Origin: an uncultured Thermoleophilia bacterium
GTDB lineage: Bacteria > Actinomycetota > Thermoleophilia > UBA2241
Assembly (NCBI GenBank): GCA_963715985.1
Contig: CAVQSP010000003.1
Span: forward strand, 55,679-119,678
Length of the DNA: 64,000 nucleotides
Direction: 5' to 3'
Shown here: one piece after another, positions 1-8,882 of the stretch
How the letters are laid out: each line of letters opens with the position of its first letter
Position numbering within the stretch: the first letter of the stretch is position 1
The notes under the pieces: generated by a model
The model's input: only the letters and a program-made list of their open reading frames with translations
What the model was told of the DNA's origin: nothing
The model's database searches: none
Made by a program: the position numbers and the translations under genes

Positions 1-780
1 TGGGCCGGCGAGGTCCTCGGCGTGCCGGTGGTCGACCACTGGTGGCAGACCGAGACCGGCTGGGCGATCTGCGCCAACTGCCGGGGCCTCGAGGAGCTGC
101 CCATGAAGGCGGGCTCGCCGACAAGGCCGGTGCCGGGCTTCGACCTCGTGGTGCTGGATGCGTCCGGCGAGCCGCTGGAGCCGCCGGCGGAAGGCACCCT
201 GGCCTTGCGCCTGCCCTTGCCCCCCGGCGCGCTGCCGACGCTGTGGCACAACGACGAGGGCTTCGTGACCACCTATCTGGCGCCGTTCCCCGGCTACTAC
301 TTCACCGGCGACAGCGGCAGCATCGACGCGGACGGCTACGTCTTCGTCATGGGTCGCGTCGACGACATCATCAACGTCGCCGGTCACCGGCTTTCGACGG
401 GGCGCATGGAGGAGGTCCTCGCCGCCCATCCTGACGTCGCCGAGTGCGCCGTGGTCGGTGCTGCCGACGACCTCAAGGGTCAGATCCCGCTGGGGCTCGT
501 GGTGCTCAAGGAGGGAGCCGCCCGCGAGCCCGAGGATGTCACCGCCGAGCTCGTGCGTATGGTGCGCGAGCAGGTCGGGCCGGTGGCTGCCTTCAAGCGC
601 GCGCTGGTCGTCCAGCGTCTGCCCAAGACGCGCTCCGGCAAGATCCTGCGCAGCGCCATCCGCAAGCTCGCCGACGGCGTCGAGTTCGCGACGCCGGCGA
701 CCATCGAGGACGCCTCCGTCATCGAGGACCTGCGGATCGCCTTGGGTCATGACCAGCGCACGCAATCGCCGACCGGCTGA
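1..780 (+). CDS. prpE: Propionyl-/acetyl-CoA synthetase (AMP-forming), 5' end outside window
   Basis: Frame open from base 1; DHWWQTETG, YFTGD, GRVDDIINVAGHRLSTG and LPKTRSGKILR motifs. Confidence 0.8.
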   Translation, partial: WAGEVLGVPVVDHWWQTETGWAICANCRGLEELPMKAGSPTRPVPGFDLVVLDASGEPLEPPAEGTLALRLPLPPGALPTLWHNDEGFVTTYLAPFPGYYFTGDSGSIDADGYVFVMGRVDDIINVAGHRLSTGRMEEVLAAHPDVAECAVVGAADDLKGQIPLGLVVLKEGAAREPEDVTAELVRMVREQVGPVAAFKRALVVQRLPKTRSGKILRSAIRKLADGVEFATPATIEDASVIEDLRIALGHDQRTQSPTG

Positions 781-830
781 CAGGCACGAGCCCGGCCCCC
801 TCACGGGCCCCCGAGGAAGGTAGGACAGCA

Positions 831-2303
831 GTGAAACGCAATCTCCATGCCGGCCGCCGCCGCAGCGGCGGCCTGCGCCTCGACGTCTTCACCGACGACG
901 AGCTCTCCGACATCCATCTGGCGACGCTGGACGTGCTCGAGCGCACCGGGGTCGGCGTCGAGAGCGAGGAGGCGCAGGAGATCTTCGCCGGGGCCGGCGC
1001 CCGCGTGCAGAGCGACGGGATCGTCAAGATCCCCGGCCACGTCGTCGAGGAGGCGATCGCCAGCACTCCGTCGCGGCTCGTCTGCTACGGGCGCGACCCC
1101 AAGCACGACATCGTGCTCGAGGACGGGCGCGTCGGCTTCACCAACTTCGGCGAGGGCATCCAGGTCATCGATCCCTACACCGGCGAGCTGCGCCAGACCG
1201 GCAAGCAGGACGTCGCCGACTGCTCGCGGATCATCGACGCACTGCCCGAGATCGACGTCATCGAGCGGCCGCTGGGGGCGCACGACGTGCCGGAGGCCAC
1301 CGGTCCGCTTCACAACGCCGACGCCATCATGACCAACTGCTCGAAGCACGCCTTCATCGGCCCCCTGACCGGCTACCTCGCGAGCCGCATGCGCGAGATG
1401 GCAGCCGCCATCGCCGGCGGCGCCGAGAAGCTGCGCGAGCGGCCGATCCTCTCGTACGTGATCTGTCCGGTGGCGCCGCTCGGGATGATCCGCGACGTCT
1501 GCGACATCATCATCGACGGCGCCCGCAACCACGTGCCTATCACGCCGGTCTCGATCGTCATGGCCGGCGGCTCCTCGCCCATGAACCTGGCGGGCGCCGT
1601 GGTCACGACCAACGCCGAGATCCTGGGCTGCCTGACGCTGGCCCAGCTGACCCGCAAGGGGACGCCGGTCGTGTACGGAAGCTCATCGTCCTCGATGGAC
1701 CTCCGCTACGCCTCCGCCTCCGTGGGCAGCCCCGAGTGCGGCCTCATCAACGCCGCCATCGCCTGTATGGCGCGCGCCTACCTCCTGCCCAGCTGGGTCG
1801 CGGGGCAGTAGGGCGACTCCAAAGTGGTGGATGCCCAGTCCGGCCACGAGAAGACCCTCACCGGTCTGCTGACGGCGTTGGCAGGTGCCAACCTCATCTA
1901 CGGTGCGGGGATGCTCGAGAGCGGCATGACCATCGATTACGGCCAGCTCGTCATGGACGCCGAGTTCGCGCGTCTCATCAAGTACACGGTCGCCGGCGTG
2001 CCGGTCAGCGACGAGACGCTCTCGCTCGACGTGATCAACGACGTCGGCCCCTTCCACGACTTCCTCAGCCACGCCGACACCCTGCGCCACATGCGCACCC
2101 AGAGCCAGCCCACGCTCATCGACCGCCGCGTCCGCGAGGAGTGGAGCGCCGACGGTTCGACGACCATCCACGAGCGTGCCACGGCCCGCGCCCGCGAGAT
2201 CCTCGAGACCCACGTGCCCACGCCGCTGCCCGAGGGCGCCGCCGCCGAGATGGCCGCCATCATCGCCGACGCAGAGCGGCACCTGGGGGTGACGAAAGCA
2301 TGA
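831..2303 (+). CDS. mttB: Trimethylamine methyltransferase MttB, predicted pyrrolysine-containing (in-frame TAG 1809-1811), copy 1
   Basis: ORFs 831-1811 and 1824-2303 share a frame and are separated only by TAG-GGC-GAC-TCC-AAA; the joined 490-aa product is colinear with the uninterrupted paralog at 7362; the context SWVAGQ*GDSKVVDAQSGHEKT matches the Pyl site of MttB. Confidence 0.92.
1698..2294 (+). repeat. 597-bp direct repeat, copy A (3' part of mttB copy 1)
   Basis: Reads identical by eye to 6731-7327 (offset 5033); includes the amber codon. Confidence 0.85.
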
Positions 2304-3692
2304 ACGACATGACGCACATCGAGCCCGACCCTGCTCGGGAGCAGCGCATCCGCGACCTCGACCGCGAGTACGTCCTGCACTCCTGGTCCGTGCAGTCGCA
2401 GATCAGGCCGCTGCCTGTGGCCGGCGCCGACGGGCGCTACTTCTGGGACTACGAGGGCAAGCGCTATCTCGACTTCTCGTCTCAGCTCGTCAACGTCAAC
2501 ATCGGGCATCAGCACGCCAAGGTGGTCGAGGCGATCGTGGAGCAGGCGCGCACGCTCTGCACGATCGCGCCCTCCGTGGCGAACGAGAAGCGCTCGGAGC
2601 TCGCCCGGCTGCTGGCCGAAGTCACGCCGGGCAACCTCAAAGCGTCCTTCTTCACCAACGGCGGCGCGGAGGCCAACGAGAACGCCATCAAGCTCGCCCG
2701 CTGGTACACGGGCAGGCAGAAGATCATCGCCCGCTACCGCTCGTACCACGGGGCCACGGCCGGCGCCATCGCGCTGACCGGCGACCCCCGTCGCTGGCCC
2801 GCCGAGCCGAGCATCCCGGGCGTGGTGCGCATGTTCGACCCCTACACCTACCGCTGCTCGGCCGGGCGACGGGGCGAGACCGTGGCCGAGCACGTGGCCG
2901 CCTGCCCCGTGTGCGCGGGCGGCCCTCACCTGGAGGAGATCCTCCAGTACGAGGGGCCGCACACGGTGGCCGCGGTGATCCTCGAAACGGTCACCGGCAC
3001 CAACGGCATCATCGTCCCGCCGGACGGTTACCTGCAGTCGATGCGCGAGGTGTGCGACCGCCACGGCGTCCTGCTCATCCTCGACGAGGTCATGGCCGGC
3101 TTCGGGCGCACCGGCACGCTGGTTCGCCTGCGACCACTGGGACGTCATGCCCGACATCATGACGGTAGCCAAGGGCATCAACTCAGGCTACGTACCGCTC
3201 GGGGCGATGGTCGTCAGCGAGCCCATCGCCGAGTGGCTGCAGGACAAGTACCTCGCCGGCGGTCTCACGTACAGCGGGCACCCGCTGGCCTGTGCCTCGG
3301 CCGTGGCCTCCATCGAGGCGTTTCGTGAGGAGGGCATCGTCGAGAACGCCGCGGCGATGGGCGACGTCCTGGCGGTCGAGACGGCGGCGCTGGCCGCCCG
3401 GCATCCGTCGGTCGGTGAAGTGCGCGGCCTGGGCCTCTTCTGGGGTCTCGAGCTGGTGCGCGACCGGGAGACGCGCGAGCCCCTGGTGCCCTTCAACGCT
3501 GCCGGCGACGCAGCCGCGCCGATGGCGCGCCTGGGGAAGGCGGCCATGGAGCGTGGCCTCCTCCTGATGACTCACTTCAACGTCCTCGTGATCTGCCCGC
3601 CTCTCACCATCACGCGCGAAGAGCTCGCGGAGGGTCTGGCCGTGATAGACGAGGTTCTCACGCTCTCCGACCTGGAGTGCGCCCAGCCATGA
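2300..3692 (+). CDS. Class III PLP aminotransferase (omega-amino acid type); one frameshift near 3118
   Basis: YLDFSSQL, FTNGGAEANENA, SYHGAT, LILDEVMAGFGRTG, then PDIMTVAKGINSGY in a second frame; ATG overlaps the mttB stop (ATGA). Confidence 0.85.
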
Positions 3693-3756
3693 CCGCCCAC
3701 TCCGCGCGACGAGGGATCAGCACAGCACGGGCCCTGGCCCCGACGAAAGGATCGAC

Positions 3757-5256
3757 ATGAGCGTCGCACCCCCTGTGACTTTCAACCTCCTGGAGCCGCC
3801 GAAGCAGCACTACGGCGTGCTGCGCAACTTCATCGGTGGCAAGTGGGTGGACGTCGAGACCGACCGCGTCGTCGACGTGGACGACCCCGCAAGCGGCAAG
3901 GTCATCGCCCAGGTCCCCATCAGCACCACAGACCAGGTCAACGACGCCATCCAGGCAGCCCAGGACGGCTACCAGACCTGGCGCCGGACGCCCCCGGGGG
4001 ACCGCGGCCGCTTCATGTTCGAGATCCGTGCGGCGATGCAGCGGCACGCGGAGGAGCTGTCCCGCCTGGTCACTCAAGAGAACGGCAAGGTCATCGCCGA
4101 GGGCCGCGGCGAGGCTATGCGGACGATCGAAGCGGTCGAGACCGCCGCCGCCATCACGAGCCTCATGGGCGGCTATCAGCTCGAGGACGGCGCCGCCCGC
4201 AACATCGACGAGATGGTCGTGCGCCAGCCGCTCGGCGTCTGCGCCTGCATCACGCCGTTCAACTTCCCGATCATGATGACCGGCTTCTGGTGGCCTTACG
4301 CCATAGCCGCCGGCAACACCTTCGTGGTGAATCAGTCGAAACAAACGCCTATCACCATCACGCGCGTCTTCGAGATCATCGAGGAAGTGGGCCTTCCCGC
4401 CGGCGTCATGAACCTCGTGCAGGGCGACCGCACCGCCTCCGCGGCCTTCATGGACTCTCCGCAGATCAAGGCGGTCGGCTTCATCGGTTCGACCCCGGTC
4501 GCCAAGGAGATCTACCGCCGGGCCGGCGAGACCGGCAAGCGCTGCGTGGCCAACGGCGGCGCCAAGAACTTCGCCGTGTTCATGCCGGACGCCGACGTCG
4601 ACCGCAACATGGGCAACCTGATCACGAGCTTCTTCGGCTGCACGGGTCAGCGCTGCCTGGCCACCGCGGTGGTGCTGGCGGTCGGCGACGTCTACGACGA
4701 GCTCGTCGAGAAGTTCGTGGCCGCGACGCGGGCACTCAAGGTCGGCCCCGGGCTCGACGAGAGCGTCCACATCGGCCCCGTCATCTCGGCAGCGGCAAAC
4801 GCCCGCATCCGCGACTACATCCAGAGCGGCATCGATCAAGGCGCCGAGCTTCTGGTGGACGGGCGCGACGTCGAAGTTCCGGGCTATGAGGGCGGCCACT
4901 ATGTCGGGCCCACCATCTTCGACAACTGCACCCCGGACATGACGATCTGTCAGGACGAGATATTCGGCCCCGTGGCGGCGATCGTGCGCGTCAAGGACCT
5001 CGACGAGGCGCTCGCCATCACCAACGCCTCCCCTTACGGCAATCAGGCCGTGATCTACACGAGCAACGGGGGCCATGCGCGCCGCTTCTGGTACGAGGTC
5101 GAGGCCGGAAACATCGGCGTGAACATCGGCGTGGCCGCTCCGGTGGCGTATTACCCGTTCGCCGGCATGAAGGACTCACACTACGGCAACGGCTACGCGA
5201 TGCGCGATTCGTTCGACCTGTTCACCGAGAAGAAAGTCGTCATCACCCGCTGGTAG
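3757..5256 (+). CDS. mmsA: CoA-acylating (methyl)malonate-semialdehyde dehydrogenase
   Basis: ITPFNFP, FIGSTPVA, GGAKN, FGCTGQRCLA, EIFGPV and C-terminal KVVITRW; ends in TAG. Confidence 0.8.
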   Translation: MSVAPPVTFNLLEPPKQHYGVLRNFIGGKWVDVETDRVVDVDDPASGKVIAQVPISTTDQVNDAIQAAQDGYQTWRRTPPGDRGRFMFEIRAAMQRHAEELSRLVTQENGKVIAEGRGEAMRTIEAVETAAAITSLMGGYQLEDGAARNIDEMVVRQPLGVCACITPFNFPIMMTGFWWPYAIAAGNTFVVNQSKQTPITITRVFEIIEEVGLPAGVMNLVQGDRTASAAFMDSPQIKAVGFIGSTPVAKEIYRRAGETGKRCVANGGAKNFAVFMPDADVDRNMGNLITSFFGCTGQRCLATAVVLAVGDVYDELVEKFVAATRALKVGPGLDESVHIGPVISAAANARIRDYIQSGIDQGAELLVDGRDVEVPGYEGGHYVGPTIFDNCTPDMTICQDEIFGPVAAIVRVKDLDEALAITNASPYGNQAVIYTSNGGHARRFWYEVEAGNIGVNIGVAAPVAYYPFAGMKDSHYGNGYAMRDSFDLFTEKKVVITRW

Positions 5257-5313
5257 GACTGGGCGCCGTTCGCCGGCGCCCGATCTCCGCGAGCGCGAGC
5301 TGGAGGAGTTTGG

Positions 5314-5670
5314 ATGGACAAGGACGCGATCCTCATCAAGAGCGGCGACGTCGCCCCCATCGTGCCGCCGAAGCACAGGAACACGGACACCTGGGTCATG
5401 GTGCGTCCGGCCACGACGGGCAACACGCAGTGCGAGTTCTTCGTCACGGAGATGCGGCAGGGCGGCGGCGCCGACTGGGACACCCACCCGGGCTGCGAGC
5501 ACATCTACTTCGTGATGGCCGGCCGCGCCAAGATGTGGGTGGAGGAAGAAGAGTTCGATCTGGAGCCCGGTGACTGTCTCCTGATGCGCGAGGGCGTCCG
5601 CCACAAGGTCGATGTGGTCGGCAGCGAGACCTTTCGCATCGGGGTGGTCTTCGCGCCGGGGCGCGTGTGA
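5314..5670 (+). CDS. Cupin-domain protein
   Basis: THPGCEHIYFVMAG…LEPGD…GVRH cupin motifs; GGAGGAG RBS upstream. Confidence 0.8.
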   Translation: MDKDAILIKSGDVAPIVPPKHRNTDTWVMVRPATTGNTQCEFFVTEMRQGGGADWDTHPGCEHIYFVMAGRAKMWVEEEEFDLEPGDCLLMREGVRHKVDVVGSETFRIGVVFAPGRV

Positions 5671-5863
5671 AGAGCTGCCGACAGACGCGATGCGCGCGCC
5701 GGGCGCTGAGCAAGGGAGCGGGCGGGACCGCTTGCGAACCGGACGTAACGGTGGTGAGCTTGAGCGAAGCGCGGCAAGGTCCACCGCCGCGGTCGGGCGC
5801 TTCAAGCAGCTCACGGGTATGGCCACCGTCGTCTGACGGGGCTCCGAGGAAGCGAGGACAGCA

Positions 5864-7336
5864 GTGAAACGCAATCTCCATGCCGGCCGCCGCCGCAGCG
5901 GCGGCCTGCGCCTCGACGTGTTCACCGACGACGAGCTCTCCGACATCCATCTCGGCACCCTCGACGTGCTCGAGCGCACCGGGGTCTACGTCGAGAGCGA
6001 GGAGGCCCAGGAGATCTTCGCCGGGGCCGGCGCCCGCGTCGGCGCGGACGGGGTCGTGAGGATCCCCGGCCACGTCGTCGAGGAGGCGATCGCCAGCACG
6101 CCCTCGCGGCTCGTCTGCTACGGCCGCGACCCCAAGCACGACGTCGTGCTCGAGGACGGGCGCGTGGGCTTCACCAACTTCGGCGAGGGCATCAACGTCG
6201 TCGACCCCTACACCGGCGAGCTGCGCCAGACCGTGAAGCAGGACGTCGCCGACTGCTCGCGGATCATCGACGCACTGCCCGAGATCGACGTCATCGAGCG
6301 GCCTCTGGGGGCGCACGACGTGCCCCAGGAGACGCAGCCTCTGCACAACGCCGAGGCGATCCTCACAAGCTGCTCGAAGCACGCCTTCATCGGCCCCATG
6401 ACCGGCTACCTCGCGAGCCGCATGCGCGAGATGGCGGCCGCCATCGCCGGCGGCGCCGAGAAGCTGCGCGAGCGGCCGATCCTCTCGTACATCACGTGTC
6501 CCATCAGCCCCCTCAAGATGGTGCAGGACGTCTGCGACATCGTCATGGAGGGCGCCCGCTCCGGCGTTCCCGTCAACGTCGTGTCCATGGCCATGGCCGG
6601 GGCGTCGTCCCCGGTGAACCTGGCCGGGACGTGCGTGTCACACAACGCCGAAGTGCTCTCCTGCCTCACGCTCGCCCAGCTCACGCAGAAGGGCGCGCCC
6701 ATGGTCTACGGCAGTTCGACCACGGGCATCGACCTCCGCTACGCCTCCGCCTCCGTGGGCAGCCCCGAGTGCGGCCTCATCAACGCCGCCATCGCCTGTA
6801 TGGCGCGCGCCTACCTCCTGCCCAGCTGGGTCGCGGGGCAGTAGGGCGACTCCAAAGTGGTGGATGCCCAGTCCGGCCACGAGAAGACCCTCACCGGTCT
6901 GCTGACGGCGTTGGCAGGTGCCAACCTCATCTACGGTGCGGGGATGCTCGAGAGCGGCATGACCATCGATTACGGCCAGCTCGTCATGGACGCCGAGTTC
7001 GCGCGTCTCATCAAGTACACGGTCGCCGGCGTGCCGGTCAGCGACGAGACGCTCTCGCTCGACGTGATCAACGACGTCGGCCCCTTCCACGACTTCCTCA
7101 GCCACGCCGACACCCTGCGCCACATGCGCACCCAGAGCCAGCCCACGCTCATCGACCGCCGCGTCCGCGAGGAGTGGAGCGCCGACGGTTCGACGACCAT
7201 CCACGAGCGTGCCACGGCCCGCGCCCGCGAGATCCTCGAGACCCACGTGCCCACGCCGCTGCCCGAGGGCGCCGCCGCCGAGATGGCCGCCATCATCGCC
7301 GACGCAGAGCGGCACCTGGGGGTGACGGGGACATGA
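5864..7336 (+). CDS. mttB: Trimethylamine methyltransferase MttB, predicted pyrrolysine-containing (in-frame TAG 6842-6844), copy 2
   Basis: ORFs 5864-6844 and 6857-7336 are in frame across one TAG; canonical SMAMAG-SSP, HNAEVL and YGSSTT motifs. Confidence 0.93.
6731..7327 (+). repeat. 597-bp direct repeat, copy B (3' part of mttB copy 2)
   Basis: Reads identical by eye to 1698-2294. Confidence 0.85.
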
Positions 7337-7361
7337 CAGGGCGCCGCGGGAGGCAGGAGAC

Positions 7362-8828
7362 GTGAGGCGCAACGCCGCCACGGAGCGCCGGCCTCTCGTC
7401 GGCGTGAGCATGCAGGTGCTGAGCCAGGACGGCATCGACGACATCCACCTCGCGACGCTCGAGGTCCTGGCGCAGGCAGGAGTGTTCGTCGAATCCGACG
7501 ATGCCCTGGATGTGCTGGCCGACGGCGGCTGCCGGGTGGACAAGGCGACGAAGATGGTGCGCATACCGCCCCACGTCGTCGAGGACGCGGTTCGCTCGGC
7601 GCCCCCGACGCTCGTCCTGCACGGACGAGACCGCGCACGCGACGTGGTCGTCGAGCGGGGGCGGGGTGTCTTCACGAGCTTCGGCGAGGGCATCTTCGTC
7701 ATCGACCCCTTCACCGGCGAGCGCCGCGAGCCGCGCAAGGATGATGTCGCGGCCTCCGCCGCCGCGGTCGATGCCCTCGATGAGCTCGGCATCTGCAACC
7801 GTGCGCTCGGCGCCCACGACGTCCCCCAGGCGGTCGCCGCCCTGCATACGGCCGACGCGATCCTGCGCAACACGACCAAGCACGTCTTTCTCGGCCCGCA
7901 GCGCGGCTTCCTCGCGGAGAGTATCGTGGGTCTGCAGGCGGTCATCCTGGGGTCCGCGGACGCCGTCCGCGAGCGTCCCCTGGTCACCTTCACCGCGTGC
8001 CCCGTGAGCCCACTCAAGCTGGCCCGTGACTGCTGCGAGGTCATCCTGGTGGCCGCTCGCAGCGGTGTCGGCGTCAACGTGGCCTCCATGGCCATGGCCG
8101 GCGGCTCATCGCCGATCACACTCGCCGGCACGCTGGTGACGCACAATGCCGAGGTGCTGGCCGGCATCACGCTCGCCCAGCTCGCCGAGCGGGGCGCGCC
8201 GGTGATCTACGGCAGCGTGAGCACCGGCATGGACCTGCGCCTGGCGTCGGCGAGCGTCGGCTCACCCGAGCTCGCCCTCATCACCGCCGCGGTGGCGCAG
8301 CTGGCCCAGCACTACCGCCTGCCGAGCTTCGTCGCCGGCGGCCTCGGCGACAGCAAGCTCCCCGATGCGCAGTCCGGGCACGAGAAGACGCTGACCGCCA
8401 CATTCGCGGCGCTGGCAGGCGCGAACGTGATCGCCGGCGCCGGCATCATGGAGTCGGGGCTCACCTTCGACTTCGGCCAGCTGGTCATGGACGCCGAGTT
8501 CGTCGGCATGATCGGGCACTGCGCGGCCGGCATCCGCGTCGACGACGAGACGCTGGCCGTCGACGACATCTGCGCCGTCGGCTCGTTCGGCGACTACCTC
8601 AGTCTCGAGGCGACGATGCACCACATGCGCGAGCAGAGCCAGCCGCGTCACATCGACCGCCGCGTGCGGGAGGACTGGCTGGCGCTGGGCGGCACCGACC
8701 TCCATCAGCGTGCCCTGGCCGAAGCGCGGCGCATCCTCCGAGAGTACCGGCCGGAGCCGCTCCCCGACGACATACAGGCGCAGATGACGAGCCTGGTGAC
8801 GGAGACGGAGACCCGCCGTGGGCTGTGA
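7362..8828 (+). CDS. mttB: MttB-superfamily methyltransferase, non-pyrrolysine (Leu at the Pyl site)
   Basis: Uninterrupted 488 aa; SFVAGG-L-GDSKLPDAQSGHEKT with CTC at 8343-8345. Confidence 0.9.
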   Translation: MRRNAATERRPLVGVSMQVLSQDGIDDIHLATLEVLAQAGVFVESDDALDVLADGGCRVDKATKMVRIPPHVVEDAVRSAPPTLVLHGRDRARDVVVERGRGVFTSFGEGIFVIDPFTGERREPRKDDVAASAAAVDALDELGICNRALGAHDVPQAVAALHTADAILRNTTKHVFLGPQRGFLAESIVGLQAVILGSADAVRERPLVTFTACPVSPLKLARDCCEVILVAARSGVGVNVASMAMAGGSSPITLAGTLVTHNAEVLAGITLAQLAERGAPVIYGSVSTGMDLRLASASVGSPELALITAAVAQLAQHYRLPSFVAGGLGDSKLPDAQSGHEKTLTATFAALAGANVIAGAGIMESGLTFDFGQLVMDAEFVGMIGHCAAGIRVDDETLAVDDICAVGSFGDYLSLEATMHHMREQSQPRHIDRRVREDWLALGGTDLHQRALAEARRILREYRPEPLPDDIQAQMTSLVTETETRRGL

Positions 8829-8882
8829 CCGGCAGGTCTGCCGGCAGGCCTTCCCAGCGCACGACAGAAAGCGAGCGCGATC

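Noticed and set aside
831-2303. Treating the amber mttB genes as nonsense pseudogenes or split genes
   Set aside because: The stop falls exactly at the known Pyl position and both halves are otherwise intact and in frame
5254-5316. TAG read-through fusing MmsA to the cupin (same frame, no intervening stop)
   Set aside because: MmsA ends at its conserved terminus, the linker uses atypical codons, the cupin has its own RBS, and a shared frame is a 1-in-3 coincidence
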